Source of the DNA: Felis catus
Lineage: Eukaryota
Reading direction: 5' to 3'
Assembly (NCBI RefSeq): GCF_018350175.1
Contig: NC_058368.1
Location: 158,598,001 to 158,662,000 of the forward strand
Length of the DNA stretch: 64,000 bases
This document shows positions 11,901 to 25,000 of the stretch, in pieces. Numbering within the stretch: the first letter of the stretch is position 1; each line of letters opens with the position of its first letter. The notes under the pieces are model-generated. The model saw nothing but the letters and a program-made list of their open reading frames with translations. It had not been told where the DNA came from and ran no database searches. A program made the translations under genes and the position numbers.

Positions 11901-13530
11901 TCTGGTGGGAGTGAAGTTTGCTGTTCACCTGATGCTCTACCAGCAGAGTCAGTTTCCCTGTTATTACAACTAGATAGTCCTGGTGATTGACTAGATGTAA
12001 TTTACGTATAAAATTAGATTCTTGCCTTAGACACACACATCTTTTTCTGTACAGTGAATATCAAATACTGGCCATTTCTCTATGCAGCCCAAATGTCTAC
12101 AGGATTTTCACCTCATAATATGTTGGAGTGTAAAAGTCCCCAAGAGCTACAGAGATTTGCAGATAAAAATATCCGCCCTGCCTCTGGTCATCTGAGCACT
12201 GCATGTGTGGCTGAAATTGGGGCCCTGTTCAAGTTGATCCAGGATTGCTTTCCGGTGCCGGCCTCCCGAGTGATCCAGGTAATCTGAGCCAGGCCACACA
12301 GCCCTAAGGAAGCCATTCCTTCCTCATGGAGGCAATGAACGTCAACCCGGCAAGGCCACATGTTCAAAGGCCAGTGTTGCCTTCTTCATGGGGTGACACA
12401 GCTCGCAAGGAGCTCTTTGAAATGCCAGGGCAGGCTTCAGGCTGGTGGAGCAGGCACTCAACCATGCGACAGCTGGAGTCCATTAAGGTTGGCAATTTTT
12501 GCCCGAGGGATGAAAGTGCCTTTACATTGGCAAGACCAAAGAATTGGCTTACACTTGACTGATATTTGTAAATGCTTAAGGGAATTTCAGGCAAAGGAGG
12601 TGAGCCTGTCCCCCAGGGCCCTGTTTCATGCTTGAGCAATCTGCCTGTGGAAGTAATTAGGTGCTGCGCTGATGGGCTCCCTGTCAACTTAAAGACAACT
12701 CACTGAGTCCAGGAACAGTTGTCCAGAGAGCACAGAAAATTTCCTTGAAGAAAAATGGCCTGAACACAGGAAAGGAATCCAAATAGCAATGATGGTATGA
12801 TTTCCCCCCTGCCCCGTTATTATTATTTTTACCATTAATACTGTCACTGAATACTCTCTCATCCGTGTTTAGAGAAAAAAATACAGGGCAGTTCTGTGGG
12901 CATTTTATTCCGATAATTTTTCCACTCCTTCGTTTTGAAATGCACACATGGGGTGCCTGGCTGCCTCACTAGTTGGAGCGTGAGACTCCATCTCGGGGTC
13001 ATGAGTTTGAGCCCTCCCTGGGTGTAAAGATTGCTTAGAAAAATTAAAAAAATAAAAAAAAAATAAATCTTTTGAAATGATGTCAAGAAAACTACAAATG
13101 CACATATATTTGTTATAAAATCATCTTTCAGCCATAAACTTATTTAAAAGCAAAAACGATTTTTAATGTAACTCAGTAGCAAATATGATTTATGAGGATG
13201 ATTAAATTCTTCCTTCAGATAGCTATGGCAATGCCTGAATATGAAACAATGTATTTTCTTCTACAGAGATAAGAGTCAGCGTTCTATTCTAGTCCTGCCT
13301 GATGCTTGCCAAAAACAGGAGCTAATGATTGATTAAGTTGCAGAATTGTTGTGCCCTTTAGTCCATTCTTGAATAGTGACAGTACACATTAGTGTATTAA
13401 GAACTCTCAGATTAAAGATGCTAAAAACTACATTTCCCATATTCCTCTGTCACTATAATTTCCTCTTCTTTTTTTTTAAGAGAAAGAGAGAGAGAGAGCA
13501 CACATGTGAGCTGAGGAGGAGCAGAGGAGC

Positions 13531-13571
<41 letters not shown>

Positions 13572-16500
13572 GAATCCCCAAGCAGGCTTCATGCTCAGCA
13601 TGGAGCTTGATCCCACAACCCTGGGATTATGACCTGAGCCGAATTCAAGAGTCGGATGCTCAACGACCTGAGTCACCCAGGCGCCCCTGTCACTGCAACT
13701 TCTAATGGGAATAGGTTTTGTAAATTAGTTGCACTAGTGAGAACCGTGTTAGGAACAGAGTTAAGTTGGGGTAGAGATGGTAGGGCCTGAGACACCTATT
13801 TTAGTCTTCATGATTAGCAGATACAGAATGACTCTGGAGCCAAGCATTGAAATGTTTTCTAACTTCATGTGAAATCACAGTGTCATTTGTGTGTCACAGT
13901 CTACCTTTGATAGATTGCTTTTGCCTTATTTGGGACATGATGGTTACCAAATCATAGGTAACAGGTTTCTTTGCTGCCAAAGAGATTCCTGTGGGACCTT
14001 GCAACCTGAAGCTTTCCTGGAGTGCTAAAGAAGGCAATAAAGTACGGTTAATTCCTTTCAGTTTGACTTTTATAAAATTATATTTAGCGAGAGATTTGAG
14101 GTAAATTCTCAGTAATTATAATTACAGAACACTTATTAAAAAGCATTCAAGATCTATTTAGAAACAAGGAAAAGTAACATCCCCCAGAAACCTCAGTCAC
14201 TTGTGGTTCTAGCTCTCACAGGTTGGGTCTGTGCTAGGACACTTATGCCGGTGGCACCTGTCTAGCTGTTCATTGACAACTGCTAGGTGTGAGCTTCAGG
14301 CTTCACAGTGGTGAATTTGATTCCTGCCCCTGTAGGTTCCATACAGTCTAGTGGCTTTCAGGCAGAAAGAGTCTGAGAACTAGCGGCTCTCTGTCTTCGT
14401 AAGGATTTTCAGGCTTTTTTTGGAAAATTATACTTTCTTTTTCATAGCTGAACCTAAATTCTCAGTAGACCGTGATAGATTGCTTTCTCCTTCTTCTGTT
14501 CCGCACCCCCCCCCCCCCCGCCAGGGTGAAGGGGGTTAAACTGCACATATTTAAGCTATTCCACAATGTTAATTGACCCTAAAATGCTACAACTTGAAAT
14601 TTGTGCTTCCCTCAAGGTTAGTTTAGGTTTGACCCACATTAAATCCTTTGTCTTCACAGGGTGGTTCTTATATAAAGGGGACTGACACCCAAGGATGCTC
14701 AGAGATTGACATCGTGTTGTTCAGTGATGTGTTTGCCAATGTGAACCATTGCAAAAAACAACTGAGAGATGCTCTGGATGCTCTGAGGGAAAACTTAAAG
14801 CAAACATCATGTGGAAACAGGTCTGGGTGAAGGTGTTCCTGTGAATCCTTTTCTTCCACAGGTGGAAACGTCAGCTAAAGGAAATTCTTAGCTTGGTACA
14901 AAAGGGCATTATTGAGCAACCATTACTTCTGTATGCTAACATTAAATTTTTGAGAGAAAACTTGGAAAGATTGCCCCAGAGGCATTTTTTTAAGACTTCT
15001 AGCTGAACTTTCAATGAAATTTCACGAATTTGAGATTCTACGATTTAAGGACTAATTATGTTTTCCCCAGCGCACCTTTATTTAATTTCCATCCCCTAGC
15101 TGAAACCTGACTCTGAGGAATGCAAACAGGAAGGGGTGGGAAAGGTGCCTCCAAGAACCAAGAGTCTTTGAGACACATTTGTCTGATAAACATTCCCTTC
15201 AGCTATATCCTGGGGTCTCTTGCTGATGTGGCTTTGCTGACATTACACACAATGTCTCTTTGCTCCAAATGTTGAACTAATCAGACCTGGCAGGGTTTTT
15301 TTTTGTTTTTGTTTGTTTGTTTGTTTGTTTGTTTTGGTAAGTTCCAGAAAGAAAAAAGGAAAGAAATGCAAACACCTTGACGTGTTATTATTTATTTTTC
15401 TCTTTCATTTTTACACATCCTGCTATTTTTTTTCAGTATAGTGAACTGTGGATGAAGAGAAACGCAAATATCCATGTTGTAAAATAAAGAAAGCATTTTT
15501 CCTGAGAAAAACAAACCAAGCTATGTGTTACTTTTTCTAAAATAAGATCAATGTTTTAAAACAATGTCCCAGAACTGTTTCTTAATTTAAATAATAGATT
15601 CATTACCAAGCCTTCGCTTCAAATGAGTATGGAGAAGTAGCTTGAATGTGTCTTTATTGAAACACACTACCTTCAGGAAAACCAAACACCTACTAAATTG
15701 TGGTAGTTAGCGAAAGACTTCAGATGAATGGCATGATGGTGACAATAGTGACTGACATCCTTTGGGTTGGAAAGGCAGAAAGGGAAATGATGGAGTTTCA
15801 CATACAATTACACTTTGGATGGAGAAAGACCACCTTTAAGAAAAAAGAAAACAAACAGGAGAAATAGGAGAATGTGTTTTTCATTTTTATCCATTGCTTC
15901 TTCCAAGTTTTCCCCATTAAATTTGTAAACTAAAGGTTGCATCATACTATTGTTATTATTATTTATCAAAACAGAATGTTAATGTACTCTAAGGCACATT
16001 AAAAATAAGAGTTAGGCTGTATTCTTTCCATGGTAACCTTATTTGGAAACACAATATTTGTTTTTCATTGTTAGGTCATTTTCTATACTCCTCACCCACC
16101 CAACTTCAAAGAACCTTATGGATTCACTCTCCCTAATGCTTTTTCCCCTCTTCCATATCTCAGCTGCCCTTCACTTGGAAAAAACAGCTCTTGAAAGTCT
16201 TTACTTTTTAGATTTCCAGAAGGAATTTTGAAGTAGAACCCATGAAAAATAACAACCCTGAAAACCATGGTTCATTTACTCTAATTGTTCCTGACTAAAA
16301 ACAAGCAAACTCATTTTCTCATCTATGTTCCTTCTGTTCTTTCAACTCATTAAGTAATTTAATTGAAAAGTCTTCAAAGTTGAACCGAGTTCCCAGGTAA
16401 CCACCATCTTTCTTTTGCACCTTTTAAATGCCTGTTCATTTTCACTCACTCTGAGTGATTTTTCAAGGGACTAATGGTTTTAATTCAGCCCAGAATGTAT

Positions 16501-19500
16501 TTTATCCCATATTTTGTTTGGCTGAATGGTTCCTGTGGCTAAAAAGGAGCATATTTTCTGAGAAGTAAGACTTAGAGGCAAACTGAGAAAAGAGGACTGT
16601 GAAGTCAGGAAAAGAGGCAGATTGTCCAAGGGTGTTGTTTGGTACTGATATCTGAATGGGGCAGCCGCTTTTTCTGGCTTTCTTCTCCACTACTCAGAGC
16701 AACTAAGACCATACCACAATTCATTTGAAGGGAAAATTGAATTAAAAATGGACAAGAAGCAGATATGTGGGTCTGACAGTTGGTTTTGACTCCCACCCAC
16801 TGAGAGAGTAGAGTTTATTGTTTCAGTTGATGCCTGGTTTTTGGTGATATATTGTTTGTTGCTGTTATTTTTAAAGCTATTCAGTTACTTTATTTTGAGA
16901 GACGGGTGTGAGAAAAACTCGTTCTTTTCCTTTGAAACTAGTCTATATCTTAATCTACCAGTAACAACAACTGTTCTATGTCAGTCACTTTCCGGGCCCT
17001 GCTTATGAATGAAATCTCAGGAGACTTGCCCAATAAGCCCAAGTTACTGGAAATCATTTACATGCCAGAGGTATTGTGCTCCTCTCTTTACACATCAGTG
17101 TGTTTATTATTAAAAAACCACAATGGGAAAACATACTTTCAGCTTTTAAGGAGATGGTGTTATAAAGCGTCACACCTACAATAATTATGTTATAATTGGA
17201 ATTTCTCCACATTATCTCTTATTTCTTATTGCATTGATTTAGAAGTCTTGAAAACAAGAATCTCTCTTTCATTATATTATCCAGTCGGAGCATCTTAAAG
17301 CTCTCCTCTGAGAAATAGTCTTTTAAAATTACATTGCCGGGTGGCTGGGTGGCTCAGTCAGTTAAGCATCTGACTCTTGATTTTGGCTCAGGTCGTGAAC
17401 TCATGGTTTGTGGGTTTGAGCCCTGCATCGGGCTCTGTGCTGACAGTGTGGACCCTGCTTGGGATTCTCTGTCTCCCTCTCTCTGCCCCTCCCCTGCCCA
17501 CACTGTCTCTCTAAATGAATAAATAAATAAATAAAGTCAGATTGGAGGACTTGGAGTTGTCTTGATAAGACATGGACAAGACATGGCATGTTCATGGACT
17601 GGGTTGACAAGAATAGGAAGTGGCAAATAATATCACCTGAGGACTCCTGAACAAGCACTGCTATGACCCATGCCTCTTTTCTACTAATAAGATTAGCAAA
17701 AATCTTTTGGAATACTCATTGGACAGTAATGTGTATGTAAGGTAGCCTAAGATAGTGACATTCTCATTAACCTTGACCCATTTTAGAACTCTGAACTCCT
17801 CAGTGGATTTAATACTTCATTCAAACTCTCGGGTATACACAACAGTAAAAACTTCACATACCAATGGCCATGTCTCCTATAGTCCTGTCTCTTGGAATTT
17901 CTAGTGATTTTTTAAGATTAAAGCCAGGACACGTGCATAAAAAAATCTTAGATGCTTCAGCTGATGTTCTTTTTCCAAGTGGATAGAATAAGAACTGATT
18001 ACCCAAGTAACACCTCATACCCATTAAATAAAAATGTTTGGAGGCCAGCGCATCTGTACTTTTTAAGGATCCCCAGGTAATTCTAATATGCAACAAAGTT
18101 GGGGAACCACTGTTACAGCCTGGTATGTTCACCAAGGACTTTGCCCTAGTCCTTGTCTCCTCAGCTCTTAAGACTGAACCCTCATCCATGTTGTCTCATT
18201 CAGGCAAAACTATCACCAACCCCATTCAACTCTTGAAGACATTCTGCTTTATTTCTTCAGCCGTGCCTGTCTCAAGCATCTTCAGAATTCAGCAGATGTT
18301 TGGAGGGAAAAGCAGGTCATATTTCAGATTCAACTCTCCACCCTTCCCTTTTGATCAGGATTGTGGCCTCCAAGTCTCTTAACGTTGCATCAATCCCCTG
18401 AACTAGAAAGAGTTCTGCTGGTTTCTTTACCCCAGAAGCTTCTCTTCACACAAACAAAATCCATGTTTTCAGCCTTGTGTCTATTCCCCAAATCAGTGTA
18501 TGTCCCCAGAAAGGAAAGAGCAGAGTATCTGTCCACCTCTCCATAATCTGCTGCCCCCACCCTCATGGAATCTCAGCCTTTCTAGCTTCATCAACTCCCT
18601 GATGCCCCTCAAATACGTTTATATGTGGTTTTGAAAACCTAATTTTCTAGTTGTTCTGAATGAGCATCAATCTTCCACAGACTACTTCATTATACCCAGA
18701 AGTAGAAGTCTGATTTCTTTTAAAATATATTACTTAATCACATTCATGGTTAACAATATCTTGTGCCCCAATCTATATTCAGATAATAATTCACTTAAAC
18801 ATTACTTCTTAATCACCTACTACATGTCAGATATTAGGGACAGGGCAGTAAATAAAACAAACACAGCTCCTGCCTTTGTTCAACCAACACTCCAATATAA
18901 GAGAAATAAGCAAATAATGCCAAGTGGTAACTAAATGCTGTGAAGAAACATAAAGCAGGGTAAGGGAACAGGGACAGGGAGGGAGCTCTTGTTTTAAAGG
19001 GTGGCCAGGGAATGCCAAACAGTGCAACGAAGACTGAAGCCTTGTGGAGTATCTTCCATCAATGTACTCTAGGTATAGGAATGGCAATTGCAAAGACCCT
19101 GAGAAGGGAACATTCCTGGAATGTTTAAGAAATAGCCAGGAGAGTAGCAGGGCTAGAATAAGGGGAAGGGTGGTTGAAAATCATCTCAGTTTCTTTTTTC
19201 TCTACTATTTCTCATGCCATGTCTTGTTCCTTTGTTAAGGATCCTAATGGGAAAGAGAGCACCATTGTCTTTAAGATTCAATTTTTTATGTACTGAAGGT
19301 CTTCACAATCATTCTTTTGAGATCATGGCCTGCTATGATGTCCTGGGGCATGCACCCTCCACAGGTAAGGTTTATTTTTTTGTTTCACAGGAAGCCTTAA
19401 AATGACTGCTTATTCAACATGTATTTATACAGGACTGAGGACATCCAGACACAGCAGTGAAGTAGGAGTAGGGAACCAGGCTGCTTGTCGTAGTGAAACA

Positions 19501-22024
19501 TTTAGTGTTGTTAGGAGACATTTTTTTTTTCCTGCAGCACATAAACACCATGCATCTGTCTGCCACCAGTTTTTAATTTAAGAAGTGTGATCAAGTATTA
19601 ACTATTTGTCCAGGATAATGGAGTAGAGAAAGAGCACAAACGAAGTATGTACATAGCTTGCAGGGAGCTGCTGCTTGTAGCAGGAATCCCTATGTGAGCC
19701 TAAGCTGGGTTTGCCCCAGGATTCAGGCACAATCTGGCTGACTCAGGAGGGAAACTGAGTCTTCCCCAGTGGGAAAGATGGGTTAGGAACATAACTTTGG
19801 TCCAAACTGAACAGACCAGTATTGCAGAGAAAGGTGCTTAGTACTCGGCACCAGTGGACTCATGCCTGTCTCTTGGAGAAAGACTTCAATAAAATTTGAG
19901 GGAAAACTAGACGAGCTGTTTCCTGGATGTCTGCTATGGCAGCCAGAGCTCAAGTCAGCACAACTTTGCAGCCTGAGTGGTGGAATGCAGCTCTGGGGTT
20001 ATTGTGTGAACGAGGAAGGGGTCCAGAAGGCATGAGGAGCCAAGAAGTCACCCTCACTGTGACCTGAGAAGATGCAAGAACAGGCCTCTCTCCTTCAGGG
20101 TCTTACTTCCCCACTACTGGCCCGAAGAGTTGTGCCTTTGGCAGGCATGGCCACCCTGATGACATAACTATTTTTGGTGGGACCATCAGTGCTTTTGGTA
20201 ACAGCAGCTACAGAAGACATCAAACAGCACAAATGATCAAGAGAAGATGATAATGGCAAATATCATGTGGTATAGAAAGAAAAAGTCTGTAAGCACATGT
20301 GAGATAGTCTATGGGGGCATCTTAAATAGGGGAGGAATTTGAGGAAACTCCTTAAAGAAATGGGAAGTGAAAAGGACAGAGTCATAGAATGATATTGTGA
20401 TGGCTACTGTGATGTTATTTTTATCCCTAAGATGTGCTATCTGAAATGAGATATGAAATATAGAATTTAGTCCATACTTACAAAAAGAGGGGAATAAAGT
20501 ATCTCCATTAGGCAAGAAGATTAAGGCCCCGTTATCAGCTCCTCAAAATCCATATGTTGAAACCCTAACTTTCAGTGTGATGGTATTATGAGGAGAGACC
20601 TTTGGGGAGGCAATCAGGTTTGGATGAGGTCATGGGGAATGGACCCCCAGGATGGGATCAGTGCCCCTCAAGGAAGAGAAGGAGACACAAGAACTTCCTC
20701 TCGGGGCCATGTGAAGCTACAGCAAGAAGGTAGCCAACTGCAAGCCAAGAAGAGATCTGTCACTAGGAACCAAATCTACTGGCACCTTGATCTTGGACTT
20801 CCTAGCCTCCGGAACTGTAAAAAAATAAGTTTCTGTTGTTTAAGCCATGCAGTCTGTGATATTTTGTTATAGTAGCCCCAGCGGAGGCCCAGATGACTAA
20901 GTGATTTATGCAAACATAAGTATATTCTCCAGAGAACTTGGGTGTTGAGTGTAGGCTTCTGCTTGACTTAGAACATTTATGTATGTATTCTCTTTGCGTC
21001 AATAGGTGGTACTAAAAGTACCATAGCAAATCATGAGCCAATATATGAGCAGTGATCCTCCTGTAGCTTAGCAGGACATATTAAATATTTTCACTGTTCT
21101 ATTCACTTATTTATCCCATTCAACCATTATTTGTGGAATATCTCCCATGTGCTATTAAATACTTACAATGAAATAGACAGGAGATCAAGATTGTTGTTCT
21201 TTTGGAGCTCACATTTTGTAGAGGAGAGATTCCTAACCTTGAAATATCTGTTATTCCCTAAGGCTCCAGTCTATCTGTCTATCTGTTATTCCCTAAGGCT
21301 CTATCTCTATGTCTTTGCCCACTGTTTCCATTGATTTTTTAAGTTTATTTAAGTAATCTCTATACCCAACATGGGGCTGGAACTCACAACCCTGATATCT
21401 AGAGTCACATGCTCTCCTGACTGAGTCAGCCAGGCACCCCCAGTGATACATTTTCTTAACCTGCCCCACCCTATACTCTATCTTAAAGTTTCTGCTCAAC
21501 CTTCAAGACTCAACTCAGCACCAGCTCAACTTGCTTCTCTAATTCTTCCTAGACCTGACTCTTCTGCTTTCCCACAGAATCCTCCCTATATCTCCACCAC
21601 AGCATGATCCTCTATACTGTCACTATGTACAGGTTTGGCTTCCCACAGTGTTTTGAGCTCCATGAGCATAAGATTTGTCTTTGTTCCTGGTACTGTATTA
21701 TTCAATAACTATTCATGGAATAAAAAGAATTATTAAACATAACATTGGTCCTACCCTCTCAGCCAGACCCCAGAGGAACAGGTTGACTTTCCTGAGCTAG
21801 TTCTTTTACTAATCAGCACTGTTGGACAATGTGCTGCTCACATTAAAATTCTCTTCTTTTGTGCTATAATTTGTTAATGCACATGCACTACATGCCTGCC
21901 ATGGTCTAGAAACTGTGTTACCACTGGGTACAAACATGAATAAGACATGATGAAGTTTATAGTCTGGAGGGGAAAACACATGCATAGGCTATTTTATTTT
22001 GTGTTGTTTGTTTATTTATTTTGA

Positions 22025-22059
<35 letters not shown>

Positions 22060-25000
22060 CAGGAATGCACTAGCTGGGGAGGGGCAGAGAGAGAGAGGGA
22101 GAAAGAGAATCCCAAGCAGGCTCCATACTGTCAGTGCAGAGATGGACACGAGGTTTGATCTCATGAACTGTGAGACTGCCCTGAACCAAAATCAAGGAGT
22201 AGACGCTTGACCAACTGAGCTACCCAGGTGCCCCATAAATAGGTCATTTTAATATAACATCATCTGTAATAAGACAGAAGTATAGGGAACTCTGAAATAA
22301 GGATACTAGGAAAGGGAATGTGACATCTTGGTCTATACTGCAGTGTTAGTTAAGTCTTCTTGGCTCTGATAATCTTGCTGATCCTGTAAGACTTTTTTAA
22401 AGTGCTATGATTTATCCAGCACTTATTATATGCCATACATAATTCTCATTGCCCTAAAATTAATCTCATTAAATGAATCCCATTTGGTTTGCAAAAAAAC
22501 AAACAAAACAAAACAAACACCTAAAATAATGACCCTCTCTCCAGTTTGCATATTTAAAAAAAATTGAGCCTTAGAAAATGTAAGCAAACTACCCACAGTT
22601 ATGTAGCCAGTATGTGCAAGGCCTGGGATATAAATCCAGGTCCTTCACACTGTCTAGATCCTGTGTAGACTGATACAATGTCAAAGTTCTATAATGGGAA
22701 GAATACACTGGGCTTGAAGCCAAATCCCAGATCTATTTTATATTATCTATGAGACCTTAGGTAAATCATGGAAATCTCAAAGCTCATTTTTTTAAATCTA
22801 AAAAACAGAGATATTGCAAGAATTAAAATATGAGATTCAATTTGAAATCACGTAGCAAAATGCTTATTAGCTCAATGAATATTTATTTAAAAAAGATGAT
22901 TCTATCTCCTTACGTCTTACCATAGGCTCATAAAGCTTTTGTATTTGTGCAAATTAATTCTTTCTCTTGTGTGCAGACTTCAAAAGCACAATTGTTAGCC
23001 AACAGCAGTTCCTTGGAAATTGTCTTGAGGATTTGAGGCTGTATCAGTAGCTCTTGAGCTAAAATGTCTCCCAGAGGAGAGAAACATATTTTTACACTGG
23101 CTTCTAAGTCCCCTAAGTTCTTGAGCACAGCTGTGTGAAATGAACTGAAAAATCCTGAAATTGTTATGTAACCCTGCTTTTCTCCACTGGTGATGGGGAG
23201 TGGATTTTACAGGACAACAACAATCCAGCAATTCAGACAAATCTTAGGATTCCAAGGAATTTTAGTGGGCAACTAAATGTTGCTAAAAATTGCCAGAGCA
23301 AGACTCAGATGATCACATCAAGTTTTCACAGGAATCTTGATGTCATTCCCTGCACACCTTACATAAGTGCTACACAATCAATAGTGCGGCCCATGTGCTA
23401 CAATGCAGCCCAGAGCCATGAGATCTGACAAGACCATGATTGACAACATTCCTGCCCCAGATGTGATTCTCAGATCAGCATTATCAGCATCACTTAGGAA
23501 CTTGCTAGATACAGAATCTTGGGTTCCATCCCAGACCTACTAAATCAGAAATTGCATTTCAAAAGATCCCCACAAGATTCTTGTACTCATTAAAGTCTGA
23601 GAACCATTGAATTAGCCACTAATTAGGCATTTGGGCTCAGATCTAACATGCAATAGAAGATAGTAGGGTGACAATAGATGGTTTAACTTCTTGGCCATGC
23701 TGACTTTGAGCCACCTACTTAACCTCTCTGACTCTCCTCCTCCTTTGCAAGCTGGAGAGAATAATAGTTCCTTTATCTCAGGGATGTTAAAGAGTAAATG
23801 TGTTAATAATTATAAAGCGTTTAGAATAGTACTTGATTCAAAGCAAGGGAGCTAACTGTTCCTGTATTTCAAATAATGGTGATGATGTGATAATACTAAA
23901 CTAAAGTTTCTTAAACTGACCTAAGTCACACAGAGTAGAAATAGAAGACCATAAGCATTAAAAATAAGTTAGGGACCACAAACTTGGGTTTTTGTCAGTG
24001 AAGACCTTTGAAGGAGGGGAAATGTTCATATACCAGTGGCTTTGAGTAGATAATCCCCAGGTCAGACATGACATCCCATCAGATAAATAGAGTAAGTCAT
24101 CAGGTATCTGGCACACTTATTGAATATCAAAATTTGAGTTAAATTATTGTTTCTTTTATCTTTTATCATCATAAATCTGAGTTTCTGGCCAAGTCTGATT
24201 GCTAAGAAAGGCAGAGAAAAACTCTGAGGAAAACTTAAAGGTCTTTTTTAATAGTTCAAATGACTATTGCCTGGAAGTTTGGGACTGGAATATGTTTGTT
24301 ATAATATGCCCTTATAAGATATGTGTCATATATAACTCTATTTATTTGCTTATGTTTATCATAGTAATTTGATTTTACTCTCTAACCTGTTGATAATCAA
24401 CCTACTATTATATCTCTGATTTGGCCATAAACAGCTGGACCAGGGTAAAAGGACTGCACAGATATGCTTGAGATTAGGGATCCAGATAAAGGCACATCAG
24501 TATTTTACTTTCTGTAAAATATATTTTATAACTAACATAAAGTTTCTAACCAATTAGCTTTAAAATACATATTGTAGATGTGAAATTTTCCATGATTAAC
24601 AAGAGTATCATTGTGTGCAATTTAGTTGGGCAGAAGGATAGGTATGTGTAAGGGCTGTCTAAAATAAATTCATATTAGAACTTCCAATTGCTTTGAATTG
24701 GGAAAATTTAAATAGATTATGATAAAAGGTACTAAACATTTATATTTCATACAGAGAGAATAAGCATGACCTGAGTACATGTTTTATAAGGTTATAGTAT
24801 TAAGCTGTTGATGGTCATTCTTGCCATTTAATCTCATTTTCCTCCCTCATTAGTGGACTATTTGTTTTAAATTTGACCCAAATACATCTTTAAAATCATT
24901 TCTACCTTTATAAATATAAATTCCCTCGTGTCCAGGTGGTAGAATCTCTTCTGCAAGTATATATACAAATAAGAACAATTTAGATATTGAACAAGGGGAA

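Noticed and set aside
21247..21302. Short direct repeat tctgttattccctaaggctc occurring twice
   Set aside because: Only two copies, a simple local slippage duplication; not CRISPR-like.
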